A stretch of DNA of 63,864 nucleotides, counting the filler, from an uncultured Ignavibacteriales bacterium (GTDB taxonomy: Bacteria; Zixibacteria; MSB-5A5; GN15; JAAZOE01), in the NCBI GenBank assembly GCA_964611355.1. It is 3 parts of 3 records of this genome, joined end to end, with 100 filler letters (N's around TTAATTAATTAA, not from the genome) between each part and the next. Parts side by side here need not be neighbours in the genome. Positions count along the whole stretch, not along the records: positions 1 to 22,406 come from CAZSYD010000038.1; positions 22,507 to 44,847 come from CAZSYD010000039.1; 1 more part is not named here. One strand, 5' to 3'. Below, piece after piece: positions 19,202 to 28,882 of the stretch. Position numbers and translations under genes: made by a program. Every line of letters starts with the position of its first letter. Position 1 is the first letter of the stretch. The notes below the pieces were generated by a model that made no database searches, was not told where the DNA came from, and worked only from the letters and a program-made list of their open reading frames with translations.

Positions 19202-21949
19202 ATGTTCAGAAAGGTAAAAAACCTGATGCTGATGCTCTGTCTCGCGGCTTTTTGCATTGTTTCAGCAGCAAAAGCTGATGGGCCAGCATGGGAAAGGTTC
19301 GAGTACGACCTCGCCCGTACCCACTATTATCCATACGGATCATCTTACGAGATTTCGTTTGATGATTTTCAACCGGCGTGGATAGTGCCAGTCGCAACTC
19401 AGGCCGTCTTGACTGGTGACATAAATGGTGACGGGAAGCTTGAGGTTGTGTCTTGGGACGCGCCGAATATACGAGTCTTTGACAACGAAGGTCAAGAGCT
19501 GTGGACCGTTCCCATATCTGGATTTGTTCGAGAACCATCCTTGTTAGATGCTACAGGAGATGGAGTCCCGGAAATTGCGGTTGGAAGGAGAACGAGCTCA
19601 GACAGCTTGCAGATACTCGTCTATGACGGTTCAGGTACTCTACTAAAAACAATTGGCAAAGCGGGTGGCTACGATAGCAGTATTCGTCCTTGGCTCGCCG
19701 CCGATTGTAACAGTGACGGTACAATAGAAATACTTGCCATCCAAGATGCGGCTTGGAGTAATGAGCCCCGGGGAGTCTCGCTCTTTGATTACGAAACAGG
19801 TCAGGAGTTGTGGTACTATGATATGGGTCCGCAAATCTGCAATGGGGCGGTTGGAGACATTGACGAGGACGGAGACCTAGAAGTAATCAAAGACGCCGCG
19901 ACGGTGTTCAATGGCGCTTGGGGGTGCGGTGTTAATGGCCAAAACACCTGTACTTATGACAATGCAGTCGCAACGATAGTTGTAGATGCGTGCACGGGAG
20001 ACGAGGCCTTCACGAAATTCTACAGTCCTGAAAGGGGCTGGTTATATCACGCTATTGTAGACTTGGATCGCAGCGGTGATGCAAATATCCTGTGCTTTCG
20101 GGGGCACGATAGTTACTATCCAGGAACCATGAATATTTTGCTTCTGGACGATCAGGGCGACACCCTCAGTACGTGGACATATGACGGGCCGGAAAACAGG
20201 TTTACTAGGGCTGGGAGCTGGGCGATAGCAGATGTCGATGCCGACAACCGGGAAGAAATAATAGTCTGTGACTGGAATGCTCCACTTGGACTGACTACCG
20301 ATTATACTATGCGTATAATAGACGATGATCTCAGTCAGCAATTGTTTGTAAATGATACAGTTGTAAACGCTGACAACAACCGAATTACGATAAATGTGAC
20401 CGACCTGAACGGTGACGGAAGCAATGATATACTGGTCACAGATTACCAAAACGGCAAACTGAGAGTGCTTAACAACACCCTCAATGAAATCTGGTCATAC
20501 GATGCTCCGCACATCCAGCAAATAGCCCTCAGCGATTTGAATGGCGATGGCATACCGGAGATTATCGTGGCGGCCGATTCCCTCGTCGTTTTAGCTTATC
20601 CCAGCCAAATCTCCATCCCCGCCATCGATACCTGCGTATGGTGGAAAGATTCTCTTGGTGGAGTAATCGTACCTGTATATGCGTCGGTATCCAGCCCTGT
20701 GTGCGGTTTGCAGGTACCTATTTCATGGAATGGACCGACAGATTGTGAACTTATTGAAATTGAATACGCAGGTACAGGGTTGGCAACCTGGGGCTACATG
20801 GGCGATTCGATAAATAATGTCGAAAAGTTTGTCAATTTTGGCGGTGCCGTCGGGGAAGGAACGCCTATCCCTGCGGGATGTAATCAGCTTATTGCCAAAC
20901 TGCATTTTGTCTATACCGGTGAAGGTTATCCGACCGAGCCGTTTGAATTAACCTTTGATACGACGACCGTAGGTCCCTCTTCTCTGCTATTCTACGGTTG
21001 CGAAGAGCCGGTTGGAGTCAGTATTGTGCCAATTGTAGCATTTGACACGGTTAATGTTTTGTTTGGTTACCTACCGGGTGATGCCAATGCGGATTGTGCT
21101 GCGAATGTCGGCGATGCTGTGTATTTGCTGAATCACGTATTTAAGGACGGTCCAGCGCCAATGCCACCCAATTCGGGTGACCCCAACGCAGATGGTTCCG
21201 TGAATCTTGGCGACGCCGTATATCTCATTAATTACGTATTCAAAGGCGGCGCTGATCCTGATTGCGGCAACGTTCCTGACGATGAATCAATTTGCTGTGG
21301 CGGCGGCGGCGAGAAAATGGCAAAGGCGTACAGGCTGGATTCACCAGCGGTAAATACGCGGTTTGATGGTGAAAAGACAACCATCGAAATCGAATCGGCC
21401 TTTGACCTCTATGGCGTTCAATTCGATATCGAATGCGTCGAAAACGCCGTTATCACAAATCTTGCGCAAAACACCCAGCTTTATGAGGGACATTCGGGCG
21501 ATCAGGCGCGCATCGGTCTGCTTGACATGAAAGGAGAGGGTTACATACCCGCCGGTCAGAGGACAATCCTCGAAATATCCGGCGCGGCAAATATCCTGTC
21601 GGCTCTTGGCGCAGACGAAAAGGGCACGACAGTTGAAATTGTCATCGGATCAACCGAAAAGATCGCTTCTTTGCCGGAGGCTTTCTCACTCAGCCAGAAC
21701 CACCCCAACCCGTTCAACCCGATGACGACGATCAGCTTCAACCTGCCCGAAGCGTCCGACGTTACGCTGGATGTATTCAACGTCGCCGGACAAAAGGTTG
21801 CGACTCTTGTTNNNNNNNNNNCGGGAGGGCACAGAATCACCTGGGACAGCAAAGATGATAACGGTAATGCCGTTGCCAGCGGTATTTATCTCTACCGGAT
21901 CAAGGCCGGCAGCAATACCGATACCAAGAAGATGCTGCTTCTCAAATAA
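19202..21949 (+). CDS. Secreted FG-GAP repeat protein with cohesin-like, dockerin and FlgD-Ig/T9SS-type C-terminal domains
   Basis: Signal peptide; many DxNGDG repeats; [41 protein letters not shown]; short N gap at 21812-21821. Confidence 0.85.
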   Translation: MFRKVKNLMLMLCLAAFCIVSAAKADGPAWERFEYDLARTHYYPYGSSYEISFDDFQPAWIVPVATQAVLTGDINGDGKLEVVSWDAPNIRVFDNEGQELWTVPISGFVREPSLLDATGDGVPEIAVGRRTSSDSLQILVYDGSGTLLKTIGKAGGYDSSIRPWLAADCNSDGTIEILAIQDAAWSNEPRGVSLFDYETGQELWYYDMGPQICNGAVGDIDEDGDLEVIKDAATVFNGAWGCGVNGQNTCTYDNAVATIVVDACTGDEAFTKFYSPERGWLYHAIVDLDRSGDANILCFRGHDSYYPGTMNILLLDDQGDTLSTWTYDGPENRFTRAGSWAIADVDADNREEIIVCDWNAPLGLTTDYTMRIIDDDLSQQLFVNDTVVNADNNRITINVTDLNGDGSNDILVTDYQNGKLRVLNNTLNEIWSYDAPHIQQIALSDLNGDGIPEIIVAADSLVVLAYPSQISIPAIDTCVWWKDSLGGVIVPVYASVSSPVCGLQVPISWNGPTDCELIEIEYAGTGLATWGYMGDSINNVEKFVNFGGAVGEGTPIPAGCNQLIAKLHFVYTGEGYPTEPFELTFDTTTVGPSSLLFYGCEEPVGVSIVPIVAFDTVNVLFGYLPGDANADCAANVGDAVYLLNHVFKDGPAPMPPNSGDPNADGSVNLGDAVYLINYVFKGGADPDCGNVPDDESICCGGGGEKMAKAYRLDSPAVNTRFDGEKTTIEIESAFDLYGVQFDIECVENAVITNLAQNTQLYEGHSGDQARIGLLDMKGEGYIPAGQRTILEISGAANILSALGADEKGTTVEIVIGSTEKIASLPEAFSLSQNHPNPFNPMTTISFNLPEASDVTLDVFNVAGQKVATLVXXXXGGHRITWDSKDDNGNAVASGIYLYRIKAGSNTDTKKMLLLK

Positions 21950-21997
21950 CCATGGGGGGCGGTCCGTGAATCAATCAATGCAGCATTGATTGATTGT

Positions 21998-22039
21998 AAA
22001 AGCCCGGCGGAGATAATGCTTTCCCCGCCGGGTTTTTTT
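21998..22039. terminator. Bidirectional intrinsic terminator
   Basis: aaaagcccggcgg...ccgccgggttttttt between convergent genes. Confidence 0.8.
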
Positions 22040-22062
22040 ATGGCTGTATTGCTCTATGTCAA

Positions 22063-22406
22063 TCAGATATTCGGCAGATTGAAACAGACCACCTTCGGTT
22101 CGGTCATCTCCTGAAGCGAAAACTTGAGGCCTTCCCGACCAAGACCGGAATACTTCACCCCGCCGAACGGCATCGAGTCGAGACGGTAATCAGTCGAATC
22201 GTTTATCATCACGCCGCCGCAGTCAAGATCGTAGGCCGCCTTGAAGGCGACATCGACGTTGCTGGTGAATATCGCCGCCAGCAAACCGTAAGGAAGCGAA
22301 TTAGCTTCTTTGATTGCCTTATCAAGGTCGTCAACCGGATAGAGATTAACGGTCGGGCCGAATACCTCTTCATGGTGAATAGTAGCATCAGGCGGTACGT
22401 TTTCCA
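22063..22406 (-). CDS. Aldehyde dehydrogenase, C-terminal part (truncated by gap)
   Basis: EEVFGP, ANSLPYGL, MPFGGVKYSGLGREG. Confidence 0.9.
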
Positions 22407-22506
22407 NNNNNNNNNNNNNNNNNNNNNNNNNNNNNNNNNNNNNNNNNNNNTTAATTAATTAANNNNNNNNNNNNNNNNNNNNNNNNNNNNNNNNNNNNNN
22501 NNNNNN
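22407..22506. other. Artificial contig linker
   Basis: N-run, TTAATTAATTAA (stops in all six frames), N-run. Confidence 0.97.
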
Positions 22507-23171
22507 CTCATCCCAATATCAAGTTTGAGGTTTTTGAGCGCTTGAATTCTGGCTCGATTACTTTAAACTCCCAAGAGATGCGGAATTCTCTTTTCCGCGG
22601 ATCATTCAACCGCATGTTGCAAGAACTGGTAACATATTTAGGACTGAGGGAGCTATTGGGGACGAAGGAACCACGTAGGAGAATGGTCGATCAAGAGCTA
22701 CTTCTCAGGTTTTTTGCCCTAAGTGACAGACTTGGAGATTACCGAGCTCCGCTTAAGAGGTTTCTCAACGAATATATGGATGACGTGCGAGATGCCGATG
22801 AGAGTGCCTTGGGTGAATACACGCGCAAATTCGAGTCGACTGTAGAAAGGCTCAGAGAACTTTTCGGAGGAAGTGCATTTAGACTATGCGATGAGAGTGG
22901 GGTTCCTATCGAGAGGACAGTTAATAGGGCCTTATTTGATGCTCAAATGATGGCAGCATCTTGGATTACGGATCAATCCCCATTTAATACTAGCGTCAAG
23001 ACTCGGCTAACTAGCGAACTCGCGCATCTTTATCAGGACCAGGATTTTCTCGATTCAATTCAGAAAGCTACTGGAAACACATCCAACACGCGCCGTCGTA
23101 TCAGATTGATGGCTTCAGCATTTGAGCGGAGTGGTTTGGCATTGACTATACCATTTGACCTTAGCGAGTGA
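22507..23171 (+). CDS. DUF262-family protein, C-terminal part
   Basis: FEVFERLNSGSITLNSQEMRN, RMVDQELLLRFFA. Confidence 0.85.
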
Positions 23172-23178
23172 CTTCACT

Positions 23179-23850
23179 ATGCCGTCGAATTCGCAAATTG
23201 CACTTAGAAGGTCAATGGTGGAGGTCGTGGATCTACTGAGTTGTGCAAGGCCCGGTGCCATGAAACTTGCCCAGCAAAAAGCACTCGGCAGGGCTGCTAT
23301 TGTACTCATAACCAGTCACATGGAACGCTATCTGCGTGCCGTAAATGAAGAATTAGTGGATTGTCTTGTCGCCTCTAACGTTATTGGTGAGGTGTTGCCT
23401 GAAGGCATTCGACTTTTGCACAGCAAGGTTCCTATAGAAGAGATTGAGCCCGTCCAGTGGGATAACAGATCTGGCAAGCTGGTAGACTTTGTCGAGACGG
23501 ACGCTTGGCTCTGGTCGGCAGGGAATTCTGGACAGCTAAAGCACCGCCGTCTTCTATCTTGGATGAAGTCACCGAAGCCAGCAAGTCTTGTTCGTTACTA
23601 CAAGTACTGGGGAATCGAAGACATCTTTAAGGCAATTACACGGAAATCGGCCACACGTAGTGACCTTTGGTTCAGGATAAAGGAAGTAGTCGACAAGCGA
23701 AACAACATCGCGCATGGTGATGCATCCGCATCTGCCACGTTTTCAGATGTTCGCAAGTACATCGTGGCAGTAACTAGCCTATGTGATAGGGCTGATCGAA
23801 TTCTGGCAAAGGCAGTAGCAACTAGACTGAAAATAGCAAAGCCGTGGTGA
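23179..23850 (+). CDS. HEPN-domain putative RNase (MAE_28990/MAE_18760-like)
   Basis: RNNIAHG (Rx4H) motif; directly downstream of the DUF262 gene. Confidence 0.8.
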   Translation: MPSNSQIALRRSMVEVVDLLSCARPGAMKLAQQKALGRAAIVLITSHMERYLRAVNEELVDCLVASNVIGEVLPEGIRLLHSKVPIEEIEPVQWDNRSGKLVDFVETDAWLWSAGNSGQLKHRRLLSWMKSPKPASLVRYYKYWGIEDIFKAITRKSATRSDLWFRIKEVVDKRNNIAHGDASASATFSDVRKYIVAVTSLCDRADRILAKAVATRLKIAKPW

Positions 23851-24010
23851 TTGTGTCACGAATTCCCCAGAAACACATCCGCTGAAGTATCTAATGGCCA
23901 TTACAGGCTATTGCAGTATCCTTTAATTCTCCTACACTGAAGGGGCGGCTATCGGTTCGATGCCGCTGTTCTTTCCACAATCAATCCCAATCAAACAGTA
24001 GGAGGATCAA

Positions 24011-24193
24011 ATGTCACAAAATCTGCACGATGCTCACCGCCAATGGGCCGTGCGCCCACCAGATGAGCGATTTCCGAGCCTGGAGACCCTCTACGGCGTC
24101 TTAAACGCCCGCAGAAGGGCTTCTGAGGAGGAAACTAGCCAGCAGGAGTCTTGGGACAAAAAGTCCCTTGTGTTACCTATTGAATTCTCGTAA
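24011..24193 (+). pseudogene. Truncated DUF932-like mobile-element gene
   Basis: GGAGG RBS; AHRQWAVRPPDERFPSL N-terminus, followed by apparently unrelated sequence. Confidence 0.55.
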
Positions 24194-24203
24194 GTTGTTG
24201 TCA

Positions 24204-24289
24204 GCCGGAGTGGTGGAATTGGTAGACACCAGGGACTTAAAATCCCTTGCGCCATCAGGCGCGTGCCGGTTCGAGTCCGGCCTCCGGCA
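24204..24289 (+). tRNA. tRNA-Leu(TAA)
   Basis: GCCGGAG/CTCCGGC acceptor stem, aggga-cttaaaa-tccct anticodon arm, long variable arm, GTTCGAG. Confidence 0.95.
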
Positions 24290-24446
24290 TTGATTTTATC
24301 CCTGTACAAAATACTTGCGGCGAAATTGGGTATCTTTTTAATTAAGGGTAGTTTAAGAGGTTGAACCCTGTACTTGATCGAGTGTAATAAGATATTCGGG
24401 CAACAGGACGGAGTTGGACCCTCTTGCATTGAAATTGGAGCATGAT

Positions 24447-25400
24447 ATGTCCAGTAATTTTGCCATAATCGGCGTCGGCGGGTATGTCGCCCCAAGACAC
24501 CTCAAAGCAATTCGCGATACCGGCAACAGGCTGGTGGCGGCAGTTGATCCCGGCGATTCGGTCGGCGTTCTCGACAGCTATTTTGACGACGTCAGGTTCT
24601 TTGTCGAATTTGAACGTTTTGACCGCCATATCGAAAAAGTAAGACGGCGTGGGGGGGACGGCCGGGTGCATTATGTCAGCATCTGTTCGCCCAATTATCT
24701 GCATGACGCTCACGTGCGTTTTGCCCTTCGGGTCGACGCCGACGCTGTTTGCGAAAAGCCGCTGGTCTTGAACCCGTGGAATCTTGATGCTTTGGCGGAG
24801 CTTGAGCAGGAGAGCGGCCGCAGGGTATATACCATTTTGCAACTGCGAGTGCATCCGTCGCTGATTGCCCTGCGCAAAAAACTTATGGCCGACAATTCAG
24901 GCAAAAAGCATGACGTCTGCCTGACTTATATCACCTCCCGGGGGCGGTGGTACCTGGTATCCTGGAAAGGGCACATGGAACGCTCCGGCGGTTTGGCGAC
25001 CAATATCGGTATTCATTTTTTTGATCTTTTGATCTGGCTTTTCGGCCCCGTCGATCGCTCCGAAGTGCATCTGGCCGACGCCGCCAGAACAGGCGGATAT
25101 ATGGAATTGGAAAGGGCGCGTGTCAACTGGTTTTTGTCCATCGACGACAGGGATCTTCCGGAAGTTGCCGTCAGGGAGGGTAAAAGGACATATCGTTCAA
25201 TTACCATAGATGACGAAGAGATCGAATTTTCCGGCGGCTTTACCGACCTGCACACGGTTGTTTATCAGGATATTTTGAACGGCGGCGGTTTCGGGCTCGA
25301 AGACGCCCGCCCGTCAATTGTGCTGGCGCACAATATACGGAACGCCGTTCCGACAGGCATTCCGGATAAGTCGCACCCTTTTATGCTGAAGAGAAAATAG
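24447..25400 (+). CDS. wbpB: Gfo/Idh/MocA oxidoreductase, WbpB-like UDP-GlcNAcA 3-dehydrogenase
   Basis: GGYVAPRHLKAI, CSPNYLHDAH, CEKPLVLNPWN, TNIGIHFFD. Confidence 0.85.
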   Translation: MSSNFAIIGVGGYVAPRHLKAIRDTGNRLVAAVDPGDSVGVLDSYFDDVRFFVEFERFDRHIEKVRRRGGDGRVHYVSICSPNYLHDAHVRFALRVDADAVCEKPLVLNPWNLDALAELEQESGRRVYTILQLRVHPSLIALRKKLMADNSGKKHDVCLTYITSRGRWYLVSWKGHMERSGGLATNIGIHFFDLLIWLFGPVDRSEVHLADAARTGGYMELERARVNWFLSIDDRDLPEVAVREGKRTYRSITIDDEEIEFSGGFTDLHTVVYQDILNGGGFGLEDARPSIVLAHNIRNAVPTGIPDKSHPFMLKRK

Positions 25401-25439
25401 ATTACTCAAGGATATTTAATCGTGAGAAAAGAAGTGATA

Positions 25440-26120
25440 ATGCGGACATTGTTTAAGATTGGCATTGTTCTGTTAGTGTTATTATCGGTGGAAACGGTAA
25501 TTGCACAGGATTATCGGATTGTCCTCACCGTGGATAATGTCATCGCCTTGCGCGATGATACTCTTGTAACCGTGCCGGTTTATATTTCCCATCCGGGCGA
25601 TTCGATTGCCGGAATGGAGTTGTATCTGAAGATTGACCCGAACAGGAACTTCACGTTTGCCATGGACGATATCAGGCCTGATGGTCTCTGGATGGCGGCC
25701 GATACCTCCAAAACGATAATGTCCGGCTGGGAATGGATGGGAATCAATTCGCTTGAAGATAGTTTATTTGATCTCAAGGTATCGGGCATGGCCGACTGGC
25801 CGAACAAAAAGGTAACGCCGCCCGCTCCGCCGGGCGAGGATGATCTTCTGGTAAAACTGCTGTTCAGGTTTGACGGTTATTTCCCCATCGCCGACGATTC
25901 CGTTTTTGTCATCAAAGTCATCCCTGAAAAATCGGGCTTTTCCGACCCGAAAGGATACAGTATCGGAGTGGTGACCAAAATCGAAAGGGTCTGTCGCGAA
26001 TATAGGGGCGACTCCTGCCTGTCGTGGAAAAGAATGCGAACCGGTTATCTCGATACTGCTGTCGTCAGATTCAATAACGGCTCCATTACCGTTGTCGACA
26101 GCCTTGGCGCTATTCGGTAG
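25440..26120 (+). CDS. Secreted hypothetical protein, cohesin-like
   Basis: Signal peptide; VTVPVYISHPGDSIAGMELYL pattern. Confidence 0.55.
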   Translation: MRTLFKIGIVLLVLLSVETVIAQDYRIVLTVDNVIALRDDTLVTVPVYISHPGDSIAGMELYLKIDPNRNFTFAMDDIRPDGLWMAADTSKTIMSGWEWMGINSLEDSLFDLKVSGMADWPNKKVTPPAPPGEDDLLVKLLFRFDGYFPIADDSVFVIKVIPEKSGFSDPKGYSIGVVTKIERVCREYRGDSCLSWKRMRTGYLDTAVVRFNNGSITVVDSLGAIR

Positions 26121-26197
26121 AAGCAGCACACTCGTTGGCGCTCATGGTTAAATTGCTTGACTTGCAGGCGATATAGAATAATATATGTGGAGCTTAT

Positions 26198-26272
26198 GCT
26201 GGGGTAGCTCAGCTTGGTTAGAGCGCCTGACTGTGGATCAGGAGGCCGGCGGTTCAATTCCGCCCCCCAGTA
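26198..26272 (+). tRNA. tRNA-His(GTG), atypical: no encoded G-1, G1:U72, A73
   Basis: GCTGGGG/CCCCAGT acceptor stem, cctga-ctgtgga-tcagg anticodon arm, ggcgg-ttcaatt-ccgcc T arm. Confidence 0.93.
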
Positions 26273-26299
26273 TTTTTTTATTTTCATTTCCGCGGGTAT

Positions 26300-27757
26300 A
26301 TGGGCAAAAAGAAAAGCAAACCGAATAAAATTAAGCCGGAAGTCCTGAAAGGCTTCAGGGATTACCCGCCGGAAGAAGAAATCGCCCGGCAAAAGCTTAT
26401 CTCGGTTTTTCGCGAAGTGTTCGAATCGTTCGGCTTTTCGCCATTCCAGACGCCGGCATTGGAAAAGGTCGAAATCCTCACCGGTTCCGATTACGGTACA
26501 GATAATCTTGAAACCATTTTCAGCTTCACCGGCCCGGAAAATGTCGATATGGCTTTGCGGTTCGAGTTGACCGCTTCGCTGGCGCGCTACGTGGCCGGAA
26601 ATCCCGACCTGCCTCTTCCGTTTCGGCGCTACCAGATCGGCCCGGTCTGGCGGGTAGATAAGCCCGGGCCCGGGCGATTCCGCGAATTCATCCAGTTTGA
26701 TATTGATACCGTCGGGACTGATTCGATGCTGGCCGACGCCGAAATTATGGCGGCCATCTGCCGGTCGTTCGAAAAACTGGGTTTGCCTAATTATCGGACT
26801 CGTTATTCCAACCGGAAAATCCTAAACGGCCTGGCCGAATTTGCGGGTATTCCGCAGGATCAGGCCGGTGACGTTTTCCGCGTTATTGATAAACTTGAAC
26901 GGCAGGGAATGGAAGCGGTTAAGCTGGAACTCGGGCCGGGCAGAGTTGATAAATCAGGCGACAGGATTCCCGGTCTGCGTCTGCCGCGGGAGCAGGTCGA
27001 TACGATTGAAAAATACCTGACCCTGCATCTGCAAGGTTCCGGCGATATCCTGGACAGAGCATCCGATTTCCTAAAGGGCATTGCCGTAGCCGAAGAAGGG
27101 ATAACCGAACTGCGGCAGATTCGTGATTTTCTTATTGATCTGGGCGTGCCGTCCGATAAGGCTCAAATTGATCTGACAATCGTTCGCGGCCTGGGATACT
27201 ATACCGGGCCGGTTTTCGAGACTTTTCTTGATGATGTCCCTGAGGTCGGATCGGTTTTCGCCGGCGGACGGTATGACGGTCTTGTGGAACGTTTTCTCGG
27301 CCGCAAGATTCCGGCCGTTGGCGCTTCGGCCGGAATAGATCGACTGCTGGCCGCTTTGATGTCGCGGGATTATATCGCTTCCGATAGCACGATTTCCGAA
27401 GTGCTTGTAACCGCCATGGACAGGGACAGGATACCGGATTATATAAAAATCCTCAATGAAATTCGCTCCGCCGGGATAAGGGCCGAAATATTTCTGGGCG
27501 AAACCAGGAATCTGACAAAGCAACTAAGATATGGCGACCGGGTCGGCATTCCGGTGGCGGTAATTCTCGGCTCGGAAGAATTTGAAACGAATCAGGTAAC
27601 GGTTAAAAACCTTGTCGCCGGCCGGCAGCAGGCGCCGGAGGTTTCCGACCGGGAGGCCTGGCTTAAAGCCGAAAATATCCAGGAAACCATCCCTCGCGGC
27701 GATCTGATCAAACATGTCCGAGAGCTTCTTCAAAAAATCAGCCGCAAACGGGATTAG
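26300..27757 (+). CDS. hisS: Histidyl-tRNA synthetase, divergent Caulobacter/Rhizobiales-like type
   Basis: LRFELTASLAR, DKPGPGRFREFIQFDID, RGLGYYTG, GGRYDGL. Confidence 0.95.
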   Translation: MGKKKSKPNKIKPEVLKGFRDYPPEEEIARQKLISVFREVFESFGFSPFQTPALEKVEILTGSDYGTDNLETIFSFTGPENVDMALRFELTASLARYVAGNPDLPLPFRRYQIGPVWRVDKPGPGRFREFIQFDIDTVGTDSMLADAEIMAAICRSFEKLGLPNYRTRYSNRKILNGLAEFAGIPQDQAGDVFRVIDKLERQGMEAVKLELGPGRVDKSGDRIPGLRLPREQVDTIEKYLTLHLQGSGDILDRASDFLKGIAVAEEGITELRQIRDFLIDLGVPSDKAQIDLTIVRGLGYYTGPVFETFLDDVPEVGSVFAGGRYDGLVERFLGRKIPAVGASAGIDRLLAALMSRDYIASDSTISEVLVTAMDRDRIPDYIKILNEIRSAGIRAEIFLGETRNLTKQLRYGDRVGIPVAVILGSEEFETNQVTVKNLVAGRQQAPEVSDREAWLKAENIQETIPRGDLIKHVRELLQKISRKRD

Positions 27758-27906
27758 TCACGGCCCATGCGCCGGTCGAGGCGTATGGAAACTCCTCTTT
27801 TTGTCAAATCGTTGGACCCGGATAGAATTCCGTTGCGACTGAAGAAGATTTCTATAATACCGAAAGAATTGATGGGGGAGAATGCAATCATACCGACAGA
27901 GTAAAT

Positions 27907-28647
27907 ATGTCTGACTTTTCGGCGATTGCCCAATATTACGATCTTATGACCGGCTATCAAGACCGGCTTATCAATGAATTCGGGGTTGTCAAATACCTGG
28001 TCGAGAAATTCAACGTAAAAACGGCCCTTGACGCCGGTTGCGGCACGGGCGTTATTACAATAATCCTTGCCAAAATCGGCGTTGATGTTATCGGGCTCGA
28101 TTCGTCGCCCGATATGCTCGAAATAGCCCGAACCAATGCTCTCAGGGAGGGCGTGGAGCCGGATTTTGAACAGGAATTTTTCGAATCGATGCCCGGTAGC
28201 TGGACGGGGAAATTTGACGCCGTTTTCTGCCCGGACAATTCGCTGGTCGGCATCGAAACGGGGGAAAGGTTAGCGCTGGCGTTTAAGTCGTTTCACCGTG
28301 TTCTGAAACCGGGCGGGCGCGCAATTGTTCAATTGCTCAATTTCATAAAGTTCCGTCGTACTAATCGCCGAATCATAAAAGTTTCCAGCGCGCAAAACTA
28401 TACTTTTGTTCGTTTTTTCGATTTCGAAGAAAAAGAGACCCGGTTCAATGTTATCGTCATAAAACACGACATGGGTAAGACCAAATATGAATTTACATCG
28501 CAGCGAATTCTGCCGATCAATAATGATGTTTTAACGGTTGCCTCGAATATCGCCCGATTTTCCAGAGTAGAGTTTTATTCTGACCCGGGCCTGACTGAGC
28601 CCGACTCACCCGATTCGGAAGACATTATCGCGGTATTGACTAAATAG
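27907..28647 (+). CDS. Class I SAM-dependent methyltransferase
   Basis: LDAGCGTG, VLKPGG. Confidence 0.85.
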   Translation: MSDFSAIAQYYDLMTGYQDRLINEFGVVKYLVEKFNVKTALDAGCGTGVITIILAKIGVDVIGLDSSPDMLEIARTNALREGVEPDFEQEFFESMPGSWTGKFDAVFCPDNSLVGIETGERLALAFKSFHRVLKPGGRAIVQLLNFIKFRRTNRRIIKVSSAQNYTFVRFFDFEEKETRFNVIVIKHDMGKTKYEFTSQRILPINNDVLTVASNIARFSRVEFYSDPGLTEPDSPDSEDIIAVLTK

Positions 28648-28695
28648 CTGTCGTACCTCAATAATATCTAAAATAATTCCGATAACTATTCTATG

Positions 28696-28836
28696 AAACT
28701 GCCGGTTTCTTTTTCGGGGAACCGGACGAAGAAGAGGTCAGGCAGGCCGTAAGCAGGTCGCTGCGCAAAATCCTGTCTCTGGAAATAGAGGATGTTCCCG
28801 GTGTTTCGGAATGCCAATGCGGCAACTGGCGGGACC
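28696..28836 (+). ncRNA. Candidate 6S-like RNA (long hairpin with central bubble)
   Basis: ctgccggtt/aactggcgg closing stem, further stems and a purine-rich internal bubble; intergenic. Confidence 0.4.
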
Positions 28837-28882
28837 ATTCGCTTTATACGGCTCAAAAATATGCAGTGCAAATAATTAAAGG

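Noticed and set aside
21812..21821. Possible frameshift or variable site in the CTD
   Set aside because: Short assembly gap of Ns; cannot be interpreted
22407..22506. TTAATTAATTAA palindrome flanked by Ns (also at 44848-44947)
   Set aside because: Artificial six-frame-stop linker; adjacency across it has no biological meaning
28696..28836. SRP RNA
   Set aside because: Lacks the conserved domain IV GGAA tetraloop/AGCAG motif arrangement
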